Source of the DNA: Octopus bimaculoides
Taxonomy: Eukaryota
DNA: 52,223 nucleotides
Direction of reading: 5' to 3'
NCBI RefSeq assembly: GCF_001194135.2
Contig: NC_068994.1
Span: 15,068,719 to 15,120,941, forward strand
Below are positions 1-12,724 of this stretch, piece by piece. Position 1 is the first letter of the stretch; each line of letters opens with the position of its first letter. A model generated the notes under the pieces. The model did not search any database. It saw only the letters and a program-made list of their open reading frames with translations, and was not told the origin of the DNA. A program made the position numbers and the translations under genes.

Positions 1-192
1 AAACACAGACGCACAAACATATACATATATATATGATGGACTTCTTTCATTTTCTGTCTACCAAATCCACCCACAAAGCTTTGGTCGGCCTGAGGCTATA
101 GTAGAAGACACTTGCCCAAGGTGCCACGCAGTAGGACTGAACCTGGAACCACGTGGTTGAGAAGCCAGCTTACCACACAACCATAACTGCCT
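1..192 (-). mobile_element. CORE-type tRNA-derived SINE, 5' half (type C)
   Basis: Reverse complement contains ggttcagtcctactgcgtggcaccttgggcaagtgtcttctactatagcctcaggccgacc, the same family as 52042-52223. Confidence 0.85.
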
Positions 193-2395
193 ACCAGGCA
201 GATTCATACAGAATTTCTCTTCTCTTTTGCTCAGATTTTAGAATTCCTGTTCAATTTTACATTGCTTTTTTTTTATTATTATTTTAATATCACCTTTTAA
301 CCAGATAATGTGGTCTTCCAAATTATCTTTTGTGATTTCTCTTGAGAGCGGGAAGTGAAATTCTCAGGAGGAGAGCTATTGTTTTCACATATTACATCTA
401 CTCTTGTAATGTTAAACACTCAAATTAAATTTTCTGGAGTAACCACAAAAAAAAAAGAAAAAAGCAATAAATGGCTGAAAGACTACAGTCTCAGTAAATG
501 CTACACAATATGAACAATAGTTTTTGCTTCTTAAATAAGTTACGGCTAATTTATTTTTCAAGATATCTTTCTTAAAGTACTGATATTCAGATGCTTCTTA
601 TTTAAAAACTCCTATTGTTAGCAAAGATATATTTTTGGTCTCTAAGCAGCATGAATGAATTCAACAACAGTCATACCATATAGTGCCTTGGCATTCTTTA
701 TTTCCAAGGATATCTAGAATCATACAAACTCCATCATTCTTTTAAAATTAGCTATTGTAATTCACTGTACATTTCAAAGCATATATGTATCACCATTAGA
801 ATATATGATTGTGCAGTTGATAGGGTTCCTTGTAGAAGTGCATTTCTAACTTTAATTTCTTATCACTTTGAATATAAGAAACAGGATTTCAGCAAGAGAA
901 TAAACTCCTTGATTGCTTTTTACTTGACAAATGTTTTGCAATTATCTTCTAAAAATACTTTCAATATTTATATAACACCAGTGAACAAGAAAAGGATACC
1001 AAACAAATTATACTTTCCAATTTCTGCAATATTGCATTAAGAAGCCTTGGTCCACTTTTGCCAGAACAAATTAAAAATGTTTCCTCTCTTTGGATCTAGA
1101 ATTCTAGTTCCAATATCTGAGCAACCTTATAATACTTTAATACTCTTGGGTAAGTTGTCAGAGCAATAAGTGTAAAATATGAGAGGTATTTATCTCCACT
1201 TAAATGTAGACGTCTTATTAGAACAAACTTTACTGTGGTAGTTATGAGAAAAGCTTTCATATTGTTTTTTTTTTGGTGTCAAATGCACTCGTTTATATTG
1301 CTAGCAAGGAGATAAATCCCCACTACCTCTAGCACCAAGACCATCAGATCACACAATTTCAACCTTGCTTGGTCTTGTCAATGATGGATAGACACTTAAC
1401 CACTAGAAGCAACAATGATTCATCTCCCCACCAGTGATATATAGATTGACAGTGCCAGAACAAACACGAGTGTCGCAGTTAGCCAGTTAGCTTGTTGCTT
1501 CTGTTGCTAATATATATTTTGTAAAATATGAATATCTCCTCGTCATTTTTGACTATTAACATTTCAGCTTAAAAAAAGACAAAACTAATAAAGATAGCTG
1601 CAACAGTACCATAAACAATAACGCGTTTACATTGAATCTTAAGACTTAATAAGTAAAGTAATTGAGGAAAGAGTTACATATTGACATCAGGTTAACATGC
1701 TATTAAAACAAATCACAAACAAAAGATAGTAAAACTTTAGTAGACACAAAAATAGCTGTTTATATTCATGGAAAATAGAAAAATGAACTTAGTAGCATAA
1801 ATTATTTGAAAAGCAATCACAACTATCAGTCCCTCCCATGAAGTAATTCAATCTATACTGGCAACTTATGCAGTTGAGTATGCATTTTTTCTCCTTTTCT
1901 ATCTATCCCCTTTATTTCTTGCCAACTTCTGCTCAATTGAGATGCAACTCCTTATGCTAGAGTGATGGCAACTCATCTATGAGATCAAATATTCTGAAAT
2001 AAAACCAATAATAGTGTAAACAAGCAGAACAAGTTCACTAGCATTAGTGGCACAATAAACACACCCAGTCCACTTTGGTACAGTTATTGGTGAGAGGAAG
2101 AGAATCCAACCATAAAACAAAGCCAAAACCAATATGTGTTAATAAGAAAAATCTTTAACACTATCAATCACAGGTCAGAACATGCCAGATTGTTTTAACT
2201 TGAAAATATAATACATGCGAAAGTACATAAATGAAAGACTGGATATTGAAAATATGCCAAACATAGATAAGTGATTTCTAGAACATGAATAGAAATGGAT
2301 GGATCTAGAAATCCAAATCAAACTAAAGTAATTTCACACTTTATATGTGTGTATGTGTGTGTGTTTGTCTATATATATATATATATATATGTGTG

Positions 2396-2517
2396 TGTAT
2401 AAAGAAAGAAAAGGATAAAAAGACCAATGGCAAAGTTAGAATTTTATTTTATGACTTTATACATACATAAAATAAAATTCTGTCATTGATCTCTTTATCC
2501 TTTTCTTTCTTTATACA
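2396..2517. repeat. Near-perfect inverted repeat (arms 2396-2453 and 2466-2517, 12-nt loop)
   Basis: tgtataaagaaagaaaaggataaaaagaccaatggca...gaattttattttatg pairs with cataaaataaaattctgtcattgatctctttatccttttctttctttataca. Confidence 0.9.
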
Positions 2518-3369
2518 TACACATGCTAATACACGACCCACGTTATATTCCCCATTCATGTTGCAACCACATCACGGGCAAAACTAGTCGGTATACAGCA
2601 CTTACTCGGTATTACTTGTATCTTTAGGGTTTGGTTAACTCCAATACCCTTCTTAATATATATANNNNNNNNNNNNNNNNNNNNNNNNNNNNNNNNNNNN
2701 NNNNNNNNNNNNNNNNNNNNNNNNNNNNNNNNNNNNNNNNNNNNNNNNNNNNNNNNNNNNNNNNNNNNNNNNNNNNNNNNNNNNNNNNNNNNNNNNNNNN
2801 NNNNNNNNNNNNNNNNNNNNNNNNNNNNNNNNNNNNNNNNNNNNNNNNNNNNNNNNNNNNNNNNNNNNNNNNNNNNNNNNNNNNNNNNNNNNNNNNNNNN
2901 NNNNNNNNNNNNNNNNNNNNNNNNNNNNNNNNNNNNNNNNNNNNNNNNNNNNNNNNNNNNNNNNNNNNNNNNNNNNNNNNNNNNNNNNNNNNNNNNNNNN
3001 NNNNNNNNNNNNNNNNNNNNNNNNNNNNNNNNNNNNNNNNNNNNNNNNNNNNNNNNNNNNNNNNNNNNNNNNNNNNNNNNNNNNNNNNNNNNNNNNNNNN
3101 NNNNNNNNNNNNNNNNNNNNNNNNNNNNNNNNNNNNNNNNNNNNNNNNNNNNNNNNNNNNNNNNNNNNNNNNNNNNNNNNNNNNNNNNNNNNNNNNNNNN
3201 NNNNNNNNNNNNNNNNNNNNNNNNNNNNNNNNNNNNNNNNNNNNNNNNNNNNNNNNNNNNNNNNNNNNNNNNNNNNNNNNNNNNNNNNNNNNNNNNNNNN
3301 NNNNNNNNNNNNNNNNNNNNNNNNNNNNNNNNNNNNNNNNNNNNNNNNNNNNNNNNNNNNNNNNNNNNN

Positions 3370-3411
3370 GAATACTTTTGGCCGGATATGGCCAGTTTAA
3401 ATGCTAAAGGG
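3370..3411 (-). mobile_element. Terminus of a TTAA-flanked MITE (same family as 9286-9505), cut by a gap
   Basis: ggccggatatggccagtttaaatgctaaaggg|ttaa is the reverse complement of the start of the 9286 element. Confidence 0.7.
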
Positions 3412-3886
3412 TTAAACTGAAGGATTACTCAGTACTTTTCAGAAGAGTACACATTTATTAACTTTTACAGAGAAAAGGTTGAGAGTGACTTCAAAGTTTC
3501 AGGTAGCCTGTTTGATGAAGGCAGTCAGGCTGAAACCCTAATCACTGTCAACCTTTACCTTGCAAAAGTTAATTAATATGTATGTTGTTCTCTTTCCCAT
3601 TTTAATCTAGAATAAATGTTGATTAGCCACCTACTTGGTAGCAAGATCATGAAGGAAAGCATCTTGTTTTGTTCATCATCCTTTAACCCTCAAGAAGGTC
3701 TTGCAGGTTTTTATAGTTCCAAATACTGTGGTCATTTGTAATGCATGACTTAAGGATTTGCTGTCTGTCTGTCTGTCTGTCTGGGAGGTGCTGGGGTTTG
3801 TATGTGCAACACTGTTGTGAAATTGAACTGAGTGTTAGAATTAACGTATTTGTATTCTGGATGGTTCTATTTTCACAGAAATTACA

Positions 3887-4555
3887 TGTTCTTAGTAACA
3901 CTTATCATGTAATAAAACAGACACCTGTTTATTATTAGAGGGTTTTGTGAAAATATTTTATCAAAATATTTCTTCAAGTACACAGGGTAATAATTACAAC
4001 TCAGGATAATATCATAGCTATTCCGATACCAAAGCAGCTTAAATTCATCAAATGAAACTCAAAAGCATAAGCACGATTATTCTTACTGTTAATCAAACAA
4101 TAAGTGAATAAATGACATAATCTAAAAACGGTTTAGTACTTGTGTGACACTGAAGAGTGTAAAAAATACAAACAACAGGCTTAAATATATAACAATCTGT
4201 ATGTCAGATCCCATCCTCTGTTCTTAGTAACACTTATGTAATAAAACAGACACCGGTTTATTAAAGGATTTTGTAAAAATATTTGATCAAAATACACAAA
4301 TATTTGATCAAAGTACACAAGGTAATAATTATAACTCAGGATCATATCGTAGCTGTTCTCTGATACCAAAGCAGCTTAAATCTATCAAATGAAACTCAAA
4401 AGCATAAACACAATTATTCTTACTGTTAATTAAACAATAAGTAAATAAATGACATAATCTAAAAACTGTTTAGTACTTGTATGAAACTGTAGTGTGTAAA
4501 AGACACAAACAACAGGCTTAGATACATAACAATCCGTGTGTCATATCCCATCCTC
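3887..4555. repeat. Tandem duplication of ~335-bp units (3887-4218, 4219-4555); partial third copy at 5144-5265
   Basis: Units start at tgttcttagtaacactta and share gataccaaagcagcttaaat...aaacaacaggctta...cccatcctc. Confidence 0.9.
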
Positions 4556-4794
4556 TGGTAAACTCAAAAAGATAAAATATTTAAAATCCTTCAATTTATA
4601 AAAAAGAAAAGAGAACTTATAACTTCAAACTTCATAGCAGTAAATGAAACTAACAGAAAGAAGAATTTTTCTCTTTCTGTTAAGCTCCTCATCTGTTTTG
4701 TATATATAAATAATTGATAAAGAGGAAGATAATCCAAATCTGATTTAAACAAATTAAAGGGAGAAAAATATTCATAAACTTGGGTGTGTGTCTA

Positions 4795-4961
4795 TTTTGG
4801 CATGGTTTTTATGGCTGGATGCTCTTCCTAACACCAACCAGCCCACAGAGTGAACTGAGTGCTTTTTACATGGCACCAGTATAGGTGAGGTCAGTTTTGG
4901 CATGGTTTTTACAGTTGGATGCCCTTCCAAATGCCAACCACTTTATAGTGTGGACTGGATG
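4795..4961 (-). mobile_element. RTE-3'UTR-type SINE/LINE tail fragment with an internal ~100-bp tandem repeat
   Basis: ttttggcatggttttta...ggatgc..ttcc.aa..ccaacca occurs at 4795 and 4895; gagtgctttttacatggcaccag matches the RTE 3' region at 17501-17523. Confidence 0.7.
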
Positions 4962-5483
4962 TAGGGTAAAGTCAAAAATTTCAAAAGAAGGTCCTGTAAT
5001 TCTAATTCGCTCTGTGAACATATGAAACATTCATAAGCGTCTTTATAAAGCAACAATTTCTACCAAAAACTATGTCTCTTAAAGAGATGAAGTTTTAATT
5101 CCCAAAATGATACAACAGTATTGAAGCTAAAATTCACAGTGATTATAACAATCTGTATGTCAGATCCCATCCTCTGTTCTTAGTAACACTTATCATGTAA
5201 TAAAACAGACACCTGTTTATTAAAAGATTTTGCAAAAATATTTGATCAAAATACACAAATATTTGCCACTAAAGATTTTGCTAAGGGAAGGAGAAAAGAA
5301 AAAAAAAACATAAATGAACATTATTATATCTCCTGTGTTATAAAAAAACCAAAATGGCCCAAATGAACATCCACAAAATTAATCAGCATATTATCAACTA
5401 ATTATAAGCAATGGGAAGCCCATTTTATGGAAATAAAAGGAAACATGGTCTGACTAATAACAACAACACTCCATTCTCATACA

Positions 5484-5664
5484 GATACAAGGCCTAAAAT
5501 TGTGTGTAGGGGGGAGGCTAGTCGATGGGGAGGCACTTCAGTGCTGAACTAATACTTATTTTATTGACCCCACAAAAGGATGATAAGCAAAGTTGACCTC
5601 AGTGGAATTTGAACTCATAATGTAAAGAGATGAAAAGAAGTCCCCCTTACAATTCTGCCAGCAC
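5484..5664 (-). mobile_element. Degenerate tRNA-derived SINE (type A)
   Basis: gttgacctcagtggaatttgaactc and attctgccagc match the other type A copies. Confidence 0.65.
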
Positions 5665-6079
5665 AATAATAATTATTATTATAATATTATAATAATAATA
5701 GTATTAGTAGTAGTAGTAGTAATAATAATAACTAGAGGTGTAGTTAGGGTTATTTCTTCTGTGAACTTCCTTCAGCAAACTCTGATCTATTTTGGACTTG
5801 TTCACAAGAAATTTATTTTTAATGCCAATTCTGCAGAATTCTATCCAAAGAAATAACTGCTTATTCATGCAAAAGTATCTTAAATACATGGAACGGTTTG
5901 AATTGTATCTATATATTTCTTTCTGTCAACTTCCTATTACTGTTGGCAGTCCTACACTTTTACTCGACATTCTCATTCAAAAATACCAATTTCATAACAA
6001 AATCAAAAGAATAGATTGACAAGAATTTTTGCTCATATTAAGTAATAGATACACGAACAAAAATGTGTGTATGAGTGTG

Positions 6080-6585
6080 TATCTATATCTATCTATAAAT
6101 ATATATAAACACACACACACATATATATACATACATACATATAAACAATATATACATACATATACACATATATATACATCCATATATATATATATATACA
6201 AACATATATATATATATATATATATACAAACTTATATGTATACATACATATACAAACATACATATATATACAAACATATACATACAAACATACATATATG
6301 CATATACATACAAACATATATATATGCATATATATACAAACATATACATACACACACACATATATATAAACATATACATATATATACAAACATATACATA
6401 TATATATATACAAACATATACACACACACACACATATCTATACATATATACAAACATATATACATATATATATACATACATATATATATATATATATACA
6501 AACATATACACACACACACACATATATATACAAACGTATACACACATATATACAAACACACACACACATATATACATATAAAACC
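6080..6585. repeat. Complex (AT)n/(AC)n microsatellite with a recurring TACAAACATA unit
   Basis: Seen directly; it produces the spurious Y/I/H/T-rich ORFs. Confidence 0.95.
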
Positions 6586-7594
6586 AGCATTTTAGCATCC
6601 ACTTTTCAGTAAAGAAGACAGAAAATGAAGGAAAAACAGAGAGACTGAGCAACAGAGTGATGGAGGTAGTGTAAATACTATGGAAAAGAATTATTGTTAA
6701 ATTAGAAATAGTGACAGACACCAATAGTCTGGTGATATCATCACATTCAAAATGACAATTCAATTTAAATCAAAAGAGCAGAATTAACAGAATAACACTA
6801 TAAAGAAAGACAATAAAAAAGGCAATTTCCTCAACTGTCAAAAATCTAAGTAATTTCATTTTGAATATATATATATATATATATATATANNNNNNNNNNN
6901 NNNNNNNNNNNNNNNNNNNNNNNNNNNNNNNNNNNNNNNNNNNNNNNNNNNNNNNNNNNNNNNNNNNNNNNNNNNNNNNNNNNNNNNNNNNNNNNNNNNN
7001 NNNNNNNNNNNNNNNNNNNNNNNNNNNNNNNNNNNNNNNNNNNNNNNNNNNNNNNNNNNNNNNNNNNNNNNNNNNNNNNNNNNNNNNNNNNNNNNNNNNN
7101 NNNNNNNNNNNNNNNNNNNNNNNNNNNNNNNNNNNNNNNNNNNNNNNNNNNNNNNNNNNNNNNNNNNNNNNNNNNNNNNNNNNNNNNNNNNNNNNNNNNN
7201 NNNNNNNNNNNNNNNNNNNNNNNNNNNNNNNNNNNNNNNNNNNNNNNNNNNNNNNNNNNNNNNNNNNNNNNNNNNNNNNNNNNNNNNNNNNNNNNNNNNN
7301 NNNNNNNNNNAAAAAAAAAAAAAAAAAAAACATAAATGAACATTGAACATTATTATATCGCCTGTGTTGTAAAAAAACAAAATGGCCCAAATGAACAAAC
7401 TGACATCACATTAAGAGCATTGGTTCTACTTCTGAGAAAAAAATGGAATCAATTACCTTTAGAGAGAGAGAACTAACAACATACTATAAGTTGGGCAAAC
7501 AAACTGTTTTGCTTATTAGATTCTTCAGTTTCATCTAATAAATAGTAACTTGAGGATATAACTCACCTTACAAGTACTAATATTTAATTCACAT

Positions 7595-7818
7595 AAGGCA
7601 GTGAGCTGGCAAAATCGCTAGCATGCTGAGCAAAATACTAAGCATTTTGCTCAGTGGCATTTCCATTTTCACATTCTGAGTTCAAATTCTGCCTTGGTCA
7701 ACTTTACCTTTCATCCTTTCAGAATTGATAAAATAAATATCAGTTGAATACTGGGGTTGGTTATATCAACTTATCCTCTCCCTTGAAATTGCTGGCCTTG
7801 TGCCAAAATTTGTAATCA
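7595..7818 (+). mobile_element. SINE type A (tail variant 1)
   Basis: aaggcagtgagctggc...gagttcaaattctgcc...cctttcatcctttc...gctggccttgtgccaaaatttg. Confidence 0.85.
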
Positions 7819-7908
7819 ATATTTAATCCCTATACCTTATTGATAATTAACTGGTAAAAATTAAAGCAAGGTGCAATTACTATAAAGAATTTTTTCTGGA
7901 ATATTTCT

Positions 7909-8139
7909 TATTTCTTTATTGCCCACAAGGGGCTAAACATAGAGGGGACAAACAAGGATAGACAAAGGGATTAAGTCGATTACATCAACCCCAGTGTGCA
8001 ACTGGTACTTAATTTATCGACCCCGAGAGGATGAAAGGTAAAGTCGACCTCGACGGAATTTGAACTCAGAACGTAACGGCAGACAAAATACCGCTAGGCA
8101 TTTCGCCCGGTGTGCTAACGTTTCTGCCAGCTCGCAGTC
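7909..8139 (-). mobile_element. Young SINE type A (tail variant 2) with a 16-bp TSD
   Basis: Perfect TSD TTTCTGGAATATTTCT at 7893-7908 and 8140-8155; closely similar to 23326-23544. Confidence 0.92.
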
Positions 8140-9285
8140 TTTCTGGAATATTTCTGCCACACTATCATACTATAATAATACTATCGTCACAAGAAATTTT
8201 CTTTCATTAAAGAAAATACAGAAGCGTTAACAAGCAACTGTCTGGATTAGAAATGAATGAATCAGCTTAGGTCATGAGGCTTTTGGCAGATAAATTTAAA
8301 GTTTCTTACAAATAGATATCACAAAACATAATTAATCAATAGTTCAACTCTTTATGTCTCTATGAGATAATTTGCCTATAGACAGAGCAGGAAATGGAAT
8401 GCATCAAAATGTAAATGCATCTATATATCAGCACACACACTGAAATTTTTATACCAAGGCTATTTCTCTATCCATTTTGCTACAAGAAATGCTCCTCCAA
8501 TGTTCTATTGATCAGCTGCCTGATAAGTGTGACGAGTTTAAATGTGAAGTCTATTTATTCAAACTGCATTTCTGCCTAGAGGCAATACTCTCTATTATAA
8601 GATTGGTCATACAAAGTATAGCAACCTGAATACTATGTGTTGAGGCTATTAAACCAAAGCAACAAGAAATGGAATTCTGGCACAAGCATAGCATTCTTTC
8701 TCTAAGCAAAGCATAATGCACTGTTTGCTTTGTCTATAAATTTAAGATCAGATATGGTATTTCAAAACGGAATAGTTTGTATCAAGCAAATCATCCAGCT
8801 GTATAGCTGCTGTTCAAATAATTCCTGCAAAATATTGCACATTAAAGTCATCTATCTAAAATTAACAAACTCGATGTTTTCAGCATTTCATCATTTATAT
8901 TAATTCTATGGAGATATTCATGAGTTCACCCTACTTATTATTTCTTAAGTATCTAAAGGCAATTGAATGGGGGTTTCCCCCCACCTTTCAATAAATGAGA
9001 AGAAACAAAACCAAATATCTTGTGAATGAAAACGTATTTCCCTTTCTAACCTAATTGGTAATTATAAATATTCAGAGAGAATTAATCTTGTTAAATAGAA
9101 ACACTCTACAGTAAAGGGTAAGGGAGAAAAGGCTCAAGGAGAAAGAAAAAAACAGACAAAATATCTGCATTAAAATCAAATATGGTAGGGTGTCTTATAC
9201 ACAATATTCTAAGTTGAAAACTTTAGATTAACTGACATTATTATCCATACAAACAGAGAGCAAATATTCCTTCTGAGGTGTTTAA

Positions 9286-9505
9286 CACTTTAGCATTCAA
9301 ACAGGCCATATCCGGCCCACATATTTGATCTATTTTATGTTCAAACAGGTCAGATCTGGCCTCTCACACCTACACTACAATGTCATTCTAAGCATAAATA
9401 ATTGCATCATTGAAATCACAGAGCTACAAGATAATGTATGATCAATTTGAAACAATGTGGATAAATAAGCATTACAGCAGACAGATTAATCTGAATGCTA
9501 AAGGG
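9286..9505. mobile_element. 220-bp MITE with C(A/C)CTTTAGCATTCA TIRs and TTAA target site (piggyBac-like)
   Basis: ttaa|cactttagcattca ... tgaatgctaaaggg|ttaa. Confidence 0.85.
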
Positions 9506-9713
9506 TTAAAACCTAAAACTAAGAAAGATGAATGCAGAAGTGGGGCGGGAGGGGGGTTGGGGGGCAAATTTGACATTTAAGCTGACTGATGACAATGACA
9601 GGAATGTTACAGTCATATTTGACCTCCCCGTGAAACATATTCTACCCAGTAGGCAAAACTAAAAGTGATCAATATATGTTTATAGAAACAAGAGGAAATT
9701 TTGCGAGGCGAGT

Positions 9714-9913
9714 TACTCTTTTACTCTTTTACTTGTTTCAGTCATTTGCTGTGGCCATGCTGGAGCACCGCCTTTAGTCGAACAAATCGACCCCAGGACT
9801 TATTCTTTGGATACCTAGTACTTATTCTATCGGTCTCTTTTGCCGAACCGCTAAGTTATGGGGATGTAAACACACCACCATTGGTTGTCAAGCGATGTTG
9901 GGGGGACAAACAC
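9714..9913 (-). mobile_element. SINE type C 3' half (tail X), cut by a gap
   Basis: Reverse complement ends ggtgctccagcatggccacagcaaatgactgaaacaagtaaaagag. Confidence 0.88.
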
Positions 9914-10745
9914 NNNNNNNNNNNNNNNNNNNNNNNNNNNNNNNNNNNNNNNNNNNNNNNNNNNNNNNNNNNNNNNNNNNNNNNNNNNNNNNNNNNNNNN
10001 NNNNNNNNNNNNNNNNNNNNNNNNNNNNNNNNNNNNNNNNNNNNNNNNNNNNNNNNNNNNNNNNNNNNNNNNNNNNNNNNNNNNNNNNNNNNNNNNNNNN
10101 NNNNNNNNNNNNNNNNNNNNNNNNNNNNNNNNNNNNNNNNNNNNNNNNNNNNNNNNNNNNNNNNNNNNNNNNNNNNNNNNNNNNNNNNNNNNNNNNNNNN
10201 NNNNNNNNNNNNNNNNNNNNNNNNNNNNNNNNNNNNNNNNNNNNNNNNNNNNNNNNNNNNNNNNNNNNNNNNNNNNNNNNNNNNNNNNNNNNNNNNNNNN
10301 NNNNNNNNNNNNNNNNNNNNNNNNNNNNNNNNNNNNNNNNNNNNNNNNNNNNNNNNNNNNNNNNNNNNNNNNNNNNNNNNNNNNNNNNNNNNNNNNNNNN
10401 NNNNNNNNNNNNNNNNNNNNNNNNNNNNNNNNNNNNNNNNNNNNNNNNNNNNNNNNNNNNNNNNNNNNNNNNNNNNNNNNNNNNNNNNNNNNNNNNNNNN
10501 NNNNNNNNNNNNNNNNNNNNNNNNNNNNNNNNNNNNNNNNNNNNNNNNNNNNNNNNNNNNNNNNNNNNNNNNNNNNNNNNNNNNNNNNNNNNNNNNNNNN
10601 NNNNNNNNNNNNNNNNNNNNNNNNNNNNNNNNNNNNNNNNNNNNNNNNNNNNNNNNNNNNNNNNNNNNNNNNNNNNNNNNNNNNNNNNNNNNNNNNNNNN
10701 NNNNNNNNNNNNNNNNNNNNNNNNNNNNNNNNNNNNNNNNNNNNN

Positions 10746-10785
<40 letters not shown>

Positions 10786-10788
<3 letters not shown>

Positions 10789-11302
10789 CACAGACATGGT
10801 CGTGTGGTTTAGAAGTTCACTTCACAACCATGTGATTCTAGATTCAGTCTCATTGCATGGCACCTTGTACAAATGTCTTCTACAATAGCCTCAAGTTAAC
10901 TAAAGCCTTGGGAGTGGATTTGGTAGACAGAAACTGAAAGCAACCCATAATGTGTGTGCGTGTGTGTTTTGGTTGAGTGAGTTTGCATTTTCTCAAAAAT
11001 CTATGTGTTTGCTTGTTGACTGTAAACACTAATGGTGTCATTTACATGAAATCCACTGCAAATGCATGTCTGGGCTTTTTTGACACATTACACAATCTGT
11101 AAACAAAAGGTTCATCCATACAGTGTTTATCTCCAGTTCTCCACATAATCATGCCTGGACTGTTTGCTGTTTGATTGGCTGGGAGATTAACACGTCACTT
11201 GGAAACAGATGAGAGTTAGCAACAGGAAAGGCATCCAGTCACATAAAGCTATCCCAACATACTCTTGTCTGACCCATGCATTCATGGACAGATAGACATT
11301 AA
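10786..11302 (+). mobile_element. SINE type C head with an RTE-like tail (tail Y)
   Basis: CORE-like head (ggcaccttgtacaaatgtcttctac), GT linker, then caggaaaggcatccag...gacccatgcattcatgg. Confidence 0.75.
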
Positions 11303-11760
11303 TCTGTGTATGTGTGTGTATATATATATATATATAGATATATATAATAGCCAATATCTATTGGTTGATTAATTTCTCCAGTCATGCTTTAGACTGTAGA
11401 GAGAAAGGAGGGTAAAAGAGAGATATAGAGTTAACAGAAGAGGTGCAAAATCATAGCACATACTAGGCTTGTTAGCCCACAATGAGTAAAGAATTATAGA
11501 GACTGAGTATGAGAAGAAAATGACAGTAGTTATGAGAGGAGTTATAAAAATAAGAAAGTTGTTTTATCTAATTATGAGGAAATATTTTTTTCAAATTAAG
11601 CATTCATTTCATCACTTTGTAACAAGAAATTTTAGAAAAGTTAAATTACAAATATTGTATGTCACATTTCATGATATTACCTATGGTGACAAAAGTATAC
11701 TTCCAAGATTACCTTTCATATGGAAGGGAACACTTGTCTGTATGTATGTATGTATGTGTG

Positions 11761-11800
<40 letters not shown>

Positions 11801-12216
11801 AAAACAAATAATAAATGAGTATATGCATATATACGTACAGGTGTGTGCATACCTACGTCTACCTGTATATATAGGTGCATATCTGGGTACAGGACATTGC
11901 AAACAAAACGTTGACAAGAAATAATAATAACCAGAGTACAGAAAACACACATAGAGAACATATAAACATTAAAAACAAAAAGTGAGCAAAACAAAAGCCT
12001 ACATACATGGAAATAGGTATAATAATCGCAGGTATAATNNNNNNNNNNNNNNNNNNNNNNNNNNNNNNNNNNNNNNNNNNNNNNNNNNNNNNNNNNNNNN
12101 NNNNNNNNNNNNNNNNNNNNNNNNNNNNNNNNNNNNNNNNNNNNNNNNNNNNNNNNNNNNNNNNNNNNNNNNNNNNNNNNNNNNNNNNNNNNNNNNNNNN
12201 NNNNNNNATATGTATG

Positions 12217-12251
<35 letters not shown>

Positions 12252-12254
12252 GTG

Positions 12255-12470
12255 TGTGTGTGTATATGTTTGTTTGTCCCCCCAGCATCGCTTGACAACC
12301 GATGGTGGTACGTTTGCGGCCCAGTAACTTAGCGGTTCGGCAAAAGAGACCGATAGAATGAGTACTAGGCTTACAAAAAATAAGCTCTGGGGTCAAATTG
12401 GTCGACTATAAAGGCGGTGCTCCAGCATGGCCGCAGTCAAATGACTGAAACAAGCAAAAGAGAGTATGAA
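12255..12470 (+). mobile_element. SINE type C 3' half (tail X)
   Basis: gtttgtccccccagcatcgcttgacaacc...ccagcatggccgcagtcaaatgactgaaacaagcaaaagag. Confidence 0.88.
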
Positions 12471-12724
12471 AGATAAAAATTCAAATTAAAAATTAAAACA
12501 CGGGCAAATGAGTATGGTAAGATTCAAATAAATAAAAAATACATAAATAAAGAAATAAACTTCTTTATAATGAACTGGAAATGGGGGATCCATGACAAGG
12601 ATGTTTTTCTCTTTCTACCGAGCCTCACTGTACTTTGCATATATATAAAATAAAGATGTGTATATTTGTATTTAACATGCTTGTGTACACTCAAATGTGG
12701 AAAGATATCTACTGCAGTATTTGT

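Noticed and set aside
5992-6763. Overlapping Y/I/H/T/C/V-rich ORFs
   Set aside because: Translations of AT/AC microsatellite; the same applies near 15240-15570, 18313-18693 and 34025-34276.
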